This document shows, one piece after another, positions 1-9,747 of a DNA stretch of 64,000 bases (position 1 is its first letter; every line of letters starts with the position of its first letter). A program made the position numbers and the translations under genes. The notes under the pieces are model-generated. The model ran no database searches, was not told where the DNA came from, and saw only the letters and a program-made list of their open reading frames with translations. Where the stretch lies: the NCBI GenBank assembly GCA_963773945.1, contig CAVZDD010000005.1, forward strand, positions 768,503 through 832,502, written 5' to 3'. The stretch is from an uncultured Thermoplasmata archaeon. GTDB lineage: Archaea > Thermoplasmatota > Thermoplasmata > Lutacidiplasmatales > UBA184.

Positions 1-265
1 TGTAGGTCGACTGGTGGACGGCACCCTCGTCGTCGACGATCGTGATGCATTCCCCTTTGCATTCGAAGAGGTAGGCATCGCACATGATGCAGTCGGGGCC
101 GTTGATGACCCAGGATTGTTCCGCCCGGATCTGGAACTTCGTAACGACGAGGGCCTCGTCGGTAGCCCCCTCGAAGCGGTCCCGAGCCCGCATCTCGAAC
201 ACGTTCACAGGGCAGGCGTTACGGCAGTAAGTGCTCCCAGTGCACTTCCCATGCGCCACTTCCAC
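1..265 (-). CDS. ferredoxin-type iron-sulfur protein (5' partial; continues past window start)
   Basis: Reverse-strand translation from a GTG near 265 gives VEVAHGKCTGSTYCRNACP...CIMCDAYLFECKGECITIV with no stop before position 1. The Cys spacing resembles C-x5-C-x3-CP and CxxC...C cluster motifs. Not in the ORF track because it is truncated by the window edge. Confidence 0.5.
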   Translation of the reverse strand, partial: MEVAHGKCTGSTYCRNACPVNVFEMRARDRFEGATDEALVVTKFQIRAEQSWVINGPDCIMCDAYLFECKGECITIVDDEGAVHQSTY

Positions 266-370
266 TGAAACCTTCTCTATCTTCGCCGGCCGCCCCTCGG
301 GTGTCGATAGGGATTACGGCGGTGAATTTCCGCCCGTTTCCCTCGTCCGGCTCGGCGACCCGTTCGTAGT

Positions 371-945
371 TCAGCGGACAGTTTTCGGGCCGAGCGGGAA
401 GGGGGCCCCATGGCCGGGGACGATCCATTTCGCCAGGCCAGCGACCCGGACCCGATTTCGGTGGAGCGCGTCCGCGTTGTCGGCCAGCGGATCCTCTGCC
501 GGACCTGAACTATCCCACCACAGGTGGGTGAACGCGTAGGCCCCGGCCGGAGTCTCAATGAGCGTCGTGATGTCTTGCGGGGTGTGTCCCGGCGTCTCAA
601 GCAACTGAACGTGCGGCGAGGGTCGGAATCCCTCCGCGGGCCGGCTTTCCCACACATCGTTTCGATAGATCGCCCAGAAGTCATGGAAGCGAGCCCGGGG
701 GAAGAGGGCGGCGTTGAGGGTGTGGTCGGGGTGGTGATGCGAGAAGATTACGTCAGTGATCTGCTCGGGTCTCACTCCCAGTCGGGCGAGCGGCCCCAGG
801 ATCGCTGAACGCCGGGGGACCATCCCCGGATCGATAACGATTCGACGGGCACCATCGCGAATGAGGCCGACGGTCCCGGCGACCCCCGGATCCGATACCC
901 TTCGAAGAGGACGTCGACGTGGGGATCGGAGGTGGACCGGGGGTT
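371..945 (-). CDS. MBL-fold metallo-hydrolase
   Basis: The C-terminal ~190 aa of ORF 371..1402(-) carry VIDPG...SHHHPDHT...TPGHTP...PGHG metallo-beta-lactamase motifs. The upstream 150 aa of that ORF is R/S/T/P-rich nonsense. Start estimated, probably a GTG/TTG near 945. Confidence 0.65.
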
Positions 946-1049
946 GGGGCGGGTGCCTACGGGAGACATATCGCTCCGCTACGCCATCCGGTTGAAGAGT
1001 CTTCCGAAGGATTCCTCCTGGGTCCGACCGTCCGGGCCGTTTCCTTAAG

Positions 1050-1919
1050 ATGCACGACGCTTGGCGGGACCGAACGATGACAGAAAGATCGTCCACCGCT
1101 GGCTCGTCAGTGACCGGAACCCCATCTGGACGGTCGGTCGCTCTGGTCACGGGTGGGGGAACCGGGCTGGGTCGGGTGATCGCCGAGCACCTCGGACAAG
1201 CGGGATTCGACCTGGTGATTGCCAGTCGTTCGGCCGAGCATCTCGTCAGGGGGGCGGAGGTGTTGCGACAAACCGGCGCTCGCGTCGTTACCGTTCCGAC
1301 CGATGTCCGGAACTTCGAGCAAGTCGAGGCGCTGATGGCGACCGCTCGACGAGAGTTCGGCCGGCTCGACGTGCTCGTGAACAACGCGGCCGGTAACTTC
1401 ATCGCTCCCTCGGAGCGAATTACCCCTAACGGCTGGCGGGCTGTGGTGGGAATCGTCCTGGACGGTACGTTCTACTGTTCGAAGGCCGCGTTCCCTCTCC
1501 TGTGCGAGGCGCCGGCGCCTGCCATTGTCAACATCGTGGCCGCCTACGCGTGGATGGCGGGACCGGGGACGGCCCACTCCGCCGCCGCCAAGGCCGGCGT
1601 CCTCGCGCTGACTCGAACGCTCGCCGTCGAGTGGGCGCCTCACCGGATTCGGGTCAATGCTGTAGCTCCTGGCCCCGTCCGCACGGAGGGGACGGACCGC
1701 CAACTCTGGCTCTCGGAAGATCTCATTCATCGAATCGAGCGCGACATCCCGATGCGCCGGTTCGGAACGCCCGACGAGATCGCCGACGCCGTCACATTCC
1801 TGGCCGGGCCTCGGGCCTCGTACGTGACCGGCCAGGTTTTGGCGGTCGACGGAGGGCAATGGTTGGGGAACGGAATCATGGACTTGCTGAGCGAACTGCC
1901 GACCGACCGACCTGCGTAG
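1050..1919 (+). CDS. SDR-family oxidoreductase (short-chain dehydrogenase/reductase)
   Basis: ALVTGGGTGLG Rossmann motif, NNAAG, and the Y-x3-K catalytic region (AAYAWMAGPGTAHSAAAKAG). The true start may be the Met at 1077. Confidence 0.85.
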   Translation: MHDAWRDRTMTERSSTAGSSVTGTPSGRSVALVTGGGTGLGRVIAEHLGQAGFDLVIASRSAEHLVRGAEVLRQTGARVVTVPTDVRNFEQVEALMATARREFGRLDVLVNNAAGNFIAPSERITPNGWRAVVGIVLDGTFYCSKAAFPLLCEAPAPAIVNIVAAYAWMAGPGTAHSAAAKAGVLALTRTLAVEWAPHRIRVNAVAPGPVRTEGTDRQLWLSEDLIHRIERDIPMRRFGTPDEIADAVTFLAGPRASYVTGQVLAVDGGQWLGNGIMDLLSELPTDRPA

Positions 1920-1940
1920 CGGCCGCCACGGCGGGGACTT

Positions 1941-3191
1941 GTGGCGATCGACTCTGCCCACCCCCCGGTACAGTCGCTCGTTCCCGGGTCCCAAACGCGA
2001 CGGGTCCAAGTTTACGCCTATGCCGCCACCGCCTTCTGGGGATTCTCGCTTGGGCTGCTGACCGTCACGCTTCCGTTCCGGTTTCTCCAGCTCGGAATAC
2101 CGATCTTCGAGTACGGAGTGACGCTCAGCGTCTATGCGGCCGGGATGCTCCTCACCGAATCGTTGTGGGGGGTCCTCGCGTTCCGGCTCGCTCGGCCGGC
2201 GACGATCATCGGGCTGGGGAGCGTGGTCGGATTCGCCACCCTGCTCCTCGGCTTCGCGCAGACCTTTCCCGCGTTCCTCCTCGCCGAAGTGCTGCTCGGA
2301 GCGGTGGGGGTCTACCTCGCCCCGCTCCTACGCTGGGTTGCGCTCAGCTCGGGCGGACCGGGCGCGGAGGGACGCGGTGCTGGCCGATGGAGTTCGGTGT
2401 TCGGTCTGGGCATCGCCGTCGGCGTTACGCTCGGCCCGCTCGTTTTCGTCATCTACGGGTTCCGTGACGTGGCCATCACATCGATCGGTGTGCTGGCCAT
2501 TGCCGTGGCCGCTGCCGCGGCACTTCCGTGGTCGCTGGCCGCACTACCGACGGCCGTCCGAAGCCAGCGACGAGCTTTGAGGGCTCTCGCGACCCGTCCG
2601 TTTCTCATTGCCCTCGTGCTCGTCCTAATCGCGTACATTGCGACGACCTTCGCGTCGAATTTTTTTCAATACTACTCGACCGTCCTCTTCGGGGGAACGG
2701 TCACCGAGGCGGGATACGTGCTTGGCGGCGCCCGGTTGCTCTCTCTGGTGGCGGCGTTCGCGCTGGGAACGGTGGTCGACCGCGGGGGCCCCGCCCGCTC
2801 CATCCCACCGGGCTTTGCATTACTACTGATCGGTGCCTTGGCAACGTGGGCCTCCCACTCGTACGACGAGATGGCGGTCGCGACGTTGGTCTTCGCGGCC
2901 GGCACCGGCTGGCTCGCGGCGAGCGTGCTTCCGTTCGCGGTGGAGGCGATGCCGAGGGTTCATCAAGGTACTGCTATCGGCGTCTTCGGTTCGACCGAAG
3001 ACGCGGGGCTCTTGATCGGCCCGCTCCTTTTTGGGGCTGCCTGGACCACCTATGGTCCGACCAGCATCTTCCCGGTCGCGACGGCTGTCGCCGCGGTGGG
3101 GCTCGTTGCCAGCCTGATGGTTTTTGGCCAGAACCGGCGACCGCGCCGGATCGCCGCTAGTCCCGAAGCCGCCGCCGGTGACCCCGATTGA
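1941..3191 (+). CDS. MFS transporter
   Basis: 416 aa, about 12 predicted hydrophobic helices, and a composition typical of the major facilitator superfamily. Confidence 0.75.
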   Translation: MAIDSAHPPVQSLVPGSQTRRVQVYAYAATAFWGFSLGLLTVTLPFRFLQLGIPIFEYGVTLSVYAAGMLLTESLWGVLAFRLARPATIIGLGSVVGFATLLLGFAQTFPAFLLAEVLLGAVGVYLAPLLRWVALSSGGPGAEGRGAGRWSSVFGLGIAVGVTLGPLVFVIYGFRDVAITSIGVLAIAVAAAAALPWSLAALPTAVRSQRRALRALATRPFLIALVLVLIAYIATTFASNFFQYYSTVLFGGTVTEAGYVLGGARLLSLVAAFALGTVVDRGGPARSIPPGFALLLIGALATWASHSYDEMAVATLVFAAGTGWLAASVLPFAVEAMPRVHQGTAIGVFGSTEDAGLLIGPLLFGAAWTTYGPTSIFPVATAVAAVGLVASLMVFGQNRRPRRIAASPEAAAGDPD

Positions 3192-4863
3192 GCGGCGACG
3201 TGTCCTAATAGTTGCCGTTCTTCGAGGGGGCGGAGAAGGGACTTCTCTGCCGGCCCCCACGTTCATCTTGACCAACGCGCGGATCTGGACGGGGGACCCG
3301 TCCGTTCCCGAAGCGGAGGCTCTCGCGGCCGTGGGAGGCCGCATCATGGCACTCGGGTCGCGTCGGGAGATCGAACGGAGTGCGGATTCGAAGACCGAGA
3401 TTCTGGACGCGGCCGGGCGGCGCGTGATCCCGGGCCTGATAGACGCGCATGTTCACCTGATTTGGGCCTACGAACTCGGTCACTGGATCGACCTGTCAGA
3501 CCATCCTCCGATATTGGAGGTGCAGCGGCGGGTGCGCGAGTACGCCCATGCGCACCCCGACGAGGAGATCATCGTCGGACACGGATTCGATTATGCCGCC
3601 CTCGGCGGCGAAGGGTTACCCACCGCCCAGGATCTCGACACGACGGTCTACGACCGACCGGTGCTGCTCACCTCGTGGGACGGTCACACGGGGTGGGGAA
3701 ACTCCCGGTTCGTCGAGCGTGCACAGGCCGTCCTGGCCAAGGCGAAGCGGGACGTTGGGGGGATGCAACGAGACCCGAAGACGCGCAAGCCGACGGGCAT
3801 CTTCACCGAATCCTTCGATCTCGAAGCGTTGCTGCCCGAGTTCGACCGCCGGAAATCCATCGAAGGGCTCGAACGCATCCTCACGGCGGCCAGCGGATAC
3901 GGGATCACGACGGCCTTTGACGTCCAGGTTCCGCTGGAGGCGTTGAGCGGGTACGAGCAGCTCCGGAATCGTAATGCCTTGCCCGTTCGAATTCGTGCGG
4001 CGATCTATCATCCTCGGGGAACCGCGAAGCACCGATACCCGGAATTCATGAACGCAGTCGCCAAGGCGCACGACGATTGGTTCGGGGTGGGCGCGATCAA
4101 ACTCTACATCGACGGCGTTCAAGAGACCGGAACGGCGGCGCTGCTGGAGCCGTACTCGAACGACCCCTCCTCGCGCGGCAAGACGGTCTACCCCGTGGCG
4201 GAGTACGAAGCGATCGTCCAAGATCTCGACCGACGGGGATTCCAAGTGCTTACGCATGCGTGCGGCGACCGAGGCGTACGGATCGCCCTCGACGCCTATG
4301 AGAAGGCCTCGGCGATCAACCGGATGCTGGGACGACGGCACCGGATCGAGCATTGTGAGAACCTGGCAGAGGAGGATATTCCCCGATTCGCCCGCCTGGG
4401 CGTGATCCCGTGCATGATGCCGCGCCACTCGGCCCCCGAGCTCACGCGCCGCTGGAGGACCGCGGTCGGTCTTCCCCGTACGCGGCGCGCCTTCCCCTGG
4501 AGCACGCTGCTCGCCTCGGGAGCCGACCTCGCCTTCGCGAGTGACTGGCCGGTCGCCGAACTCAACCCGTGGGTGGGAATCCACGCCGCGGTCCAGCGAA
4601 CCGATCCGTCGGGCGAGCCGTCGCCCTTGCGGCTTTCCTTTGCCCAGGCGCTCGCCGCCTACACGAGAGGCGCCGCGTTCGCGACGCACTGCGAGACGAC
4701 GCGGGGAACCTTAGCGGTGAATAAGTACGCCGATTTGGTCGTGGTTGCCCCGGACCCCTTCGAGGTGCCGGCCGAGAAACTGGCCGGAATCCGGACCATC
4801 GCAACGGTGATCGACGCGCGGACGGTGTTCGCCGACCCCGAGAACGGCCCCCGACCGGACTGA
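3178..4863 (+). CDS. amidohydrolase-family protein (Amidohydro_3-like), possibly Tat-exported
   Basis: The ILTNARIWTGD N-terminus and GLIDAHVHL metal-binding motif are typical of the amidohydrolase 3 family. A GTG at 3178 gives an RRRVLIVAVL twin-arginine-like leader. The gene overlaps the MFS stop by 14 nt. Confidence 0.75.
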   Translation: MTPIERRRVLIVAVLRGGGEGTSLPAPTFILTNARIWTGDPSVPEAEALAAVGGRIMALGSRREIERSADSKTEILDAAGRRVIPGLIDAHVHLIWAYELGHWIDLSDHPPILEVQRRVREYAHAHPDEEIIVGHGFDYAALGGEGLPTAQDLDTTVYDRPVLLTSWDGHTGWGNSRFVERAQAVLAKAKRDVGGMQRDPKTRKPTGIFTESFDLEALLPEFDRRKSIEGLERILTAASGYGITTAFDVQVPLEALSGYEQLRNRNALPVRIRAAIYHPRGTAKHRYPEFMNAVAKAHDDWFGVGAIKLYIDGVQETGTAALLEPYSNDPSSRGKTVYPVAEYEAIVQDLDRRGFQVLTHACGDRGVRIALDAYEKASAINRMLGRRHRIEHCENLAEEDIPRFARLGVIPCMMPRHSAPELTRRWRTAVGLPRTRRAFPWSTLLASGADLAFASDWPVAELNPWVGIHAAVQRTDPSGEPSPLRLSFAQALAAYTRGAAFATHCETTRGTLAVNKYADLVVVAPDPFEVPAEKLAGIRTIATVIDARTVFADPENGPRPD

Positions 4864-5074
4864 CCATCGTGTCCCGCCCGGCGGGGCACGGGGGACTCTA
4901 CGTGGCACGCGAACTAGTCGACGGAAGGGGTGTCGGGGAAATAGAGGGGTAGAACGGGTTGGGGAGACGCGGAGCTGGTTCGATTCGCTCGTTTCTGCAT
5001 GTTGGAGCGGCCCCCTCCTGGTACCGGGCCGACCTAGCCATCGCGTCCCGCGATATACAAACTCTGTTCGTCGA

Positions 5075-6064
5075 TCAGAGCTCGGTCGGGGGGGCCGAGG
5101 CAACCCCGAGGGCGGTCAAATTCAACCAGACCCGACCCGAGCCACCGGGGACGAACTCAAACCCCAGACTCTTGTAGAGACGGACCGCCGCCGCGTTCCA
5201 CCTTGTGACGACCAATCGCGGGACTTCGAACCCGGCAGCGCGCAGGGCTCCAATCGTGGCGGGCAGCAGCTGGCGGGCGAGGCCTTGCCGGCGGAACGAG
5301 GGGTCGACGCCGACCTCGGTGATCAACCCTCCCTCCAATTCATTGGCTAGGGTATGAGCGATCAAGCGACCCCCTTCTTCGATGCCGAAGGAAGCGTCGG
5401 GGAGCCAGCGCCCGACGTTCCCGTGGAGCAGGTCGTGGGTTCCCAACCGCGCGTCTTCTCGCTGGTCGAGCGTGGTCGCAAAGAGCGCCCGCTCCGGGCT
5501 TTCCGCGTAAGCGCGGAACAGGAGATCCGCAATCAACGACTCGTCCGCAACGGTCAGGCTTCGGGGGGCGAACCCCGGCCGAGGGGGTGGCCGGGGGGGA
5601 TCACGCCCCTTGGGAAGGTGCATGTCGGACCGGACCGCCGGAGAGAATCCCCGGCCACCGAACACCGCCGCGCGATCTCCGTCGGAGACCCCGGGAACTT
5701 CGTCCGCCCAGCTGACGAATGGAAGGTCGGGAGGAACGCTCGCTTCGAGACGGTGGAGGAACTCCTCGAGGACCACGCGCCGTTGGTAGCCCTCGGCGAG
5801 ATACAGGAACCCCCGGCGGCCGAGTGTTCCTGCCCGCTCCCAACCGGCGAGACCCACGGCCTCGTCCCCCGGCCCCGTCCAAAGCAGGCCCAGGAACGAC
5901 GAGTCCTCCACTTTTCGGCGAAGGTGCCCGGCCGCGTAGTCGGCCCAGCTCTTTCCGTCCCGTCGAAGCAGATCCCGGTACTCGACGATCAGACGGAGCG
6001 TCTCGGCCGGGAACTCGATGGCCGGGACCAGGGCTCTCATCGGGCTGACCGGTACGTCGCTCAT
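5075..6064 (-). CDS. tandem GNAT N-acetyltransferase (MshD-like architecture)
   Basis: Two acetyltransferase-like halves. The C-terminal half has VDPSFRRQGLARQLL...LRAAGF...AAVRLYKSLGFE acetyl-CoA-binding motifs. Confidence 0.75.
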   Translation of the reverse strand: MSDVPVSPMRALVPAIEFPAETLRLIVEYRDLLRRDGKSWADYAAGHLRRKVEDSSFLGLLWTGPGDEAVGLAGWERAGTLGRRGFLYLAEGYQRRVVLEEFLHRLEASVPPDLPFVSWADEVPGVSDGDRAAVFGGRGFSPAVRSDMHLPKGRDPPRPPPRPGFAPRSLTVADESLIADLLFRAYAESPERALFATTLDQREDARLGTHDLLHGNVGRWLPDASFGIEEGGRLIAHTLANELEGGLITEVGVDPSFRRQGLARQLLPATIGALRAAGFEVPRLVVTRWNAAAVRLYKSLGFEFVPGGSGRVWLNLTALGVASAPPTEL

Positions 6065-6170
6065 CCGACTGGGGCGGACGAGGGGAACCGGCCCTTAAGC
6101 ACGGCCCCTTCGCGGACCTAGCCGGGACTCCGCCCGGAGAATCCGTCGACGTCCCGCCGTCGTGAGCGGG

Positions 6171-6887
6171 CTAGATCCGGGTGTCGACCAGCAGCAACTC
6201 GGTGTCGCGATCGGCTACGACCCGAAGCGTAGCCTCGTCCACGAATTCCGCGGCGGCGAGCGCGACGAGGGGTTGTCCATTCGCCTGCACGGGTCCCCCC
6301 TCCAAGACGTAGAGGTAGGCCCCCCGACCCCGTTCGAGCGGATGGGAGATCGCCCGCCCGGCCTCGAGAAACGACGAAAAGACGCTTGCGTCGCTCCGGA
6401 GCGGAAGCGCCCCCTCGTGCCGGGGGCTGGCCAGCGGCAAGAACCCGTTGGTGCGTTCCGGCCGGGCCACCGCCTTCTGTTCGACCGACGGGTCCAGGTC
6501 GAGGCGTTCCGGGAGGAACCACATCTGAATGAATCGCATCGGTTGATCCGGCCGGTTGTTGATCTCGGCGTGCCACATCCCCCGGCCGACGGTCGTATGT
6601 TGAACCCCGCCCTGTTGGAGCACTCCGCCCAGACCCCGCTCGTCCTCGTGCCGGAACTCTCCCCCCGCGACGTACGTGACGACTTCGTTGTGGCGGTGGG
6701 GGTGGAGCGGCCAGGTCGCCCCGGCGCTGAGCGTGTCGTCGTTCAACACCCGGAGTTGTCCAAACTTCACGAACTTGGGGTCCGTATAGTCGTCGAAGGA
6801 GAAGTGCCAGCGGCCGCGGAAGGTGCCGTTCTGAATCTCCCCCTCGGCCTGGTGAATGGTCTCCGGCAGGCGAACCAGGATCGACAT
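6171..6887 (-). CDS. pirin-family protein (bicupin)
   Basis: HPHRHNEVVTYVAGGEFRHED... and WHAE cupin His motifs. Start taken at MSILVRLPE. Confidence 0.85.
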   Translation of the reverse strand: MSILVRLPETIHQAEGEIQNGTFRGRWHFSFDDYTDPKFVKFGQLRVLNDDTLSAGATWPLHPHRHNEVVTYVAGGEFRHEDERGLGGVLQQGGVQHTTVGRGMWHAEINNRPDQPMRFIQMWFLPERLDLDPSVEQKAVARPERTNGFLPLASPRHEGALPLRSDASVFSSFLEAGRAISHPLERGRGAYLYVLEGGPVQANGQPLVALAAAEFVDEATLRVVADRDTELLLVDTRI

Positions 6888-6980
6888 CGCGCTTCCCCCC
6901 GAGGATAGAGGGAGCGTCCAGCATATCAACGTAGGGACCGAGTTCGAGTCGAGGGGGCCCGACGGCGGCCCGAGGGCGCC

Positions 6981-8945
6981 TCAGCGTGAGGTTCGCTTGA
7001 GTTCCGCTTCGAGCTCCCGGTAGGCCCGGCGCGCCTCCTCGATGCTCGTTTCGTCCTCGAGGGTGGTTGTGTCTCCGAGCGGTCGGTCTTCGACCACGTC
7101 GCGGATCAGCCGACGCATGATTTTCGCGCTGCGAGTCTTCGGCACCTTGTCGACGAAGTAGATCGCCGAGGGGACCGCGATGGCCCCCATCGAGGACCGG
7201 ACCAGCTCGAAAAGTTCCTGCCGCAGCTGCGGACTCGCGGAGAAGCCCGGCTTGAGCACGACGCACGCGACCGGCACCTGTCCCTTGATTTCGTCGTGTC
7301 GGCCGATGACGGCCGACTCCGCCACGGCCGGATGGGTGATGAAAATGTTCTCCAGCTCGATGGTGGCGATGCGGTGGCCGGCGACCTTCAGGACCTCGTC
7401 GGCCCGTCCGAGGAGCCAGAGATAGCCGTCGGCGTCCGCCATGGCATAGTCGGCGGGATAGTACCACTTCGGGAAGCGGGAGAAGTAGACGGATTGGAAC
7501 CGGGCCTCGTCGTTCCAGAGGCCGATGAACTGGCCCGGCCACGGTTTTCGGATGACGATGTACCCCTTGCGGTCCGGCGGCAGCGGCACGCCGGCTTCGT
7601 CGACGACTTGGGCGTCCACGCCAGGAATCGGCAGGGTGGCGGAGCCGGGCTTGAGAGGAAAGTGCGCCGTACCCGGCTGGGGCGAGATCAGAATGCCGCC
7701 GGTCTCCGTTTGCCACCACGTGTCGACGATCGGGCACCGGGCTCCCCCGATTTCGCGGTAATACCAGTTCCAGGCCTCGGGATTGATCGCCTCGCCGACG
7801 GTCCCTAGCAGTCGGAGGGATGTGAGGTCGTGCATCCGGGGCCAGCGGTCGCCGTGCTTGATCGCGGCCCGGATCGCCGTCGGGGACGTGTACAGCGTCG
7901 TCACCCCGTACCGTTGGATGATGTTCCACCATCGGTCCGGTTGGGGGAAGTCCGGTGCCCCTTCGTAGATCACCGAGGATAGGCCGGCGAGGAGCGGTCC
8001 ATAGACGACGTACGTGTGCCCGGTGACCCACCCGATGTCGGCCGTGCACCAGAAGAGGTCGCGGTCCGTCGTGTCAAACACGACGCGCGTCGTGTAGTAC
8101 GCCCACAGCATGTACCCGCCCGTGGAATGGACGGCACCTTTCGGGCGGCCGGTGGTGCCGGAGGTATAGAGGATGAAACTCGGATGCGGTCCGGAAACCG
8201 GGGCGGCCGCGACCGTTCCCGAGCTGCCGGCCAGCGCGTCGTGGTACCACTCGTCCCGGTCCGGGTCCATCTGGACTTCGGAGCCGGTGCGTCGCACGAC
8301 GAGGACCTTTTCGACCGAGGGGGTCAGATACAGGGCGTCGTCCACGATGGATTTCAGCGCGACCACTTTTCCGCGCCGCCATCCGCCGTCGGCGGTGATC
8401 ACCAGCCTTGAGCCCGAATCGTTGATACGTTCGGCGAGGGCCGGGGCGGGGAACCCTCCGAAGACGACGGAATGAATGGCCCCCAGGCGTGCGGACGCGA
8501 GCATGGCGACCGGGAGTTCGGGGATCATCGGAAGGTAGAGCGTGATGCGGTCTCCGGGCCGGATTCCGGCCTCCTGGAGCGCCGCGGCCAATCGGTTGAC
8601 TTCCCGGTAGAGTTGAAAGTACGTCAACGCCCGATGGTCCCCCGGTTCGCCTTCCCAGTAGAACGCGACCTTGTGCCGTCGCGGCGACTCGATCCAACGG
8701 TCGAGGCAGTTGTACGCCAGGTTCGTCGACCAGCCCGGGAACCACCGGCCGTAAGGAGCCGCCTCGGTGGGTTCGAACAGCGGTCCTTGCCGATCGAACC
8801 ACGAGAGTTCGGTCGCGACCGGTCGCCAGAAACCTTCGGGATCCTCGAGGGCGCGTCGATTGAGTTCCTGAATCTTCAGGATGCCCGGCGAGACCGACCG
8901 GGTCGTTTGCAACGCGTTTCGAGGCGCGGGGTTCGGCTCCTCCAT
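6981..8945 (-). CDS. acs: acetyl-CoA synthetase (AMP-forming acetate--CoA ligase)
   Basis: 654 aa with a YTSGTTGRPKG AMP-binding motif. The WWQTETGG and C-terminal ..PKTRSAKIMRR motifs are characteristic of Acs. Confidence 0.9.
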   Translation of the reverse strand: MEEPNPAPRNALQTTRSVSPGILKIQELNRRALEDPEGFWRPVATELSWFDRQGPLFEPTEAAPYGRWFPGWSTNLAYNCLDRWIESPRRHKVAFYWEGEPGDHRALTYFQLYREVNRLAAALQEAGIRPGDRITLYLPMIPELPVAMLASARLGAIHSVVFGGFPAPALAERINDSGSRLVITADGGWRRGKVVALKSIVDDALYLTPSVEKVLVVRRTGSEVQMDPDRDEWYHDALAGSSGTVAAAPVSGPHPSFILYTSGTTGRPKGAVHSTGGYMLWAYYTTRVVFDTTDRDLFWCTADIGWVTGHTYVVYGPLLAGLSSVIYEGAPDFPQPDRWWNIIQRYGVTTLYTSPTAIRAAIKHGDRWPRMHDLTSLRLLGTVGEAINPEAWNWYYREIGGARCPIVDTWWQTETGGILISPQPGTAHFPLKPGSATLPIPGVDAQVVDEAGVPLPPDRKGYIVIRKPWPGQFIGLWNDEARFQSVYFSRFPKWYYPADYAMADADGYLWLLGRADEVLKVAGHRIATIELENIFITHPAVAESAVIGRHDEIKGQVPVACVVLKPGFSASPQLRQELFELVRSSMGAIAVPSAIYFVDKVPKTRSAKIMRRLIRDVVEDRPLGDTTTLEDETSIEEARRAYRELEAELKRTSR

Positions 8946-9009
8946 CCGTCAAGCCGAGGGTACCGAAACGCTCCGAAGTAACTTACGGAAGGACCGGCGC
9001 GGGCTTCAG

Positions 9010-9153
9010 CTAGGGGGTGGGCGGGAGCACGCGCATCGTACAGGGCATGGTCACCCCGCACTCCCCGCAGAACCAGCCCTCCTCGGTCGTCCAGAGGAAC
9101 TCCCCGCAGCGGTCGCACCTTCGGGGGTCCCCCGAGTCGTTCCGGCACGTCAT
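9010..9153 (-). CDS. small zinc-ribbon protein (47 aa), not in ORF track
   Basis: ATG...TAG ORF on the reverse strand: MTCRNDSGDPRRCDRCGEFLWTTEEGWFCGECGVTMPC..., with CxxC-x12-CxxC spacing. It lies between the acs and OsmC genes. Confidence 0.4.
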   Translation of the reverse strand: MTCRNDSGDPRRCDRCGEFLWTTEEGWFCGECGVTMPCTMRVLPPTP

Positions 9154-9226
9154 CCAGCGGCCGTCGTCCTACGCACCAGAGGTTTCGCGCTCACCCAGCT
9201 CGCGTCCCGAGGGGTGGCACCCCCCC

Positions 9227-9670
9227 TCAGGACCCACCTGTCGCCAGATGAGTGTTCAAGCGGATCTCGACGTTCCCCTTGATGGCGTTCGAGATCGGGC
9301 AGCCCTCTTTGGCGCCCCAGGCGAGCTCGTCGAACTTTTCCTTGGTGATCTTGGGGACTTCCCCGGTGACCGTCAATTCCATCGTGGTTACGCGCCACGC
9401 TTCGCCGACCTTGTCGAAGGTTGCCACCGCCTGAACCGTCAACCGGTCCGGAGGGGTGCCGTTGCGACCGAGTCCCCCGGAAAACGCCATGCAATAGCAG
9501 GCCGCATGGGCGGCGGCGAGCAGTTCCTCGGGGCTGGTCTTGCCGTTCGAAGCTTCGGTCCTCGAGGCCCAGCTCACAGCCACCTCGGGCACCGCGCCGC
9601 TCTTGAATCGGACGTGACCGCTTCCCTTCAACAGGTCGTGCTCCCAAACAGCTTCCGCGGTGCTCTTCAT
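9227..9670 (-). CDS. OsmC/Ohr-family peroxiredoxin-like protein
   Basis: 147 aa with the AAHAACYCMA two-Cys active-site region conserved in OsmC. Confidence 0.85.
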   Translation of the reverse strand: MKSTAEAVWEHDLLKGSGHVRFKSGAVPEVAVSWASRTEASNGKTSPEELLAAAHAACYCMAFSGGLGRNGTPPDRLTVQAVATFDKVGEAWRVTTMELTVTGEVPKITKEKFDELAWGAKEGCPISNAIKGNVEIRLNTHLATGGS

Positions 9671-9747
9671 GGTCGTCGGCAGGTCGAAACCTCCGAGGGC
9701 CTTAAGCTTCGTTCAAGCGGCGTGCGGCGAAGCGTTCCGATAGAGCG

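Noticed and set aside
5354-6121. 255-aa + strand ORF antisense to the tandem GNAT gene
   Set aside because: Antisense, R/P/G-rich.
6118-8049. 643-aa reverse-strand ORF spanning the pirin and acs loci in another frame
   Set aside because: Extremely R/G/P-rich low-complexity translation typical of off-frame ORFs in high-GC DNA. The in-frame pirin and acs genes explain the region.
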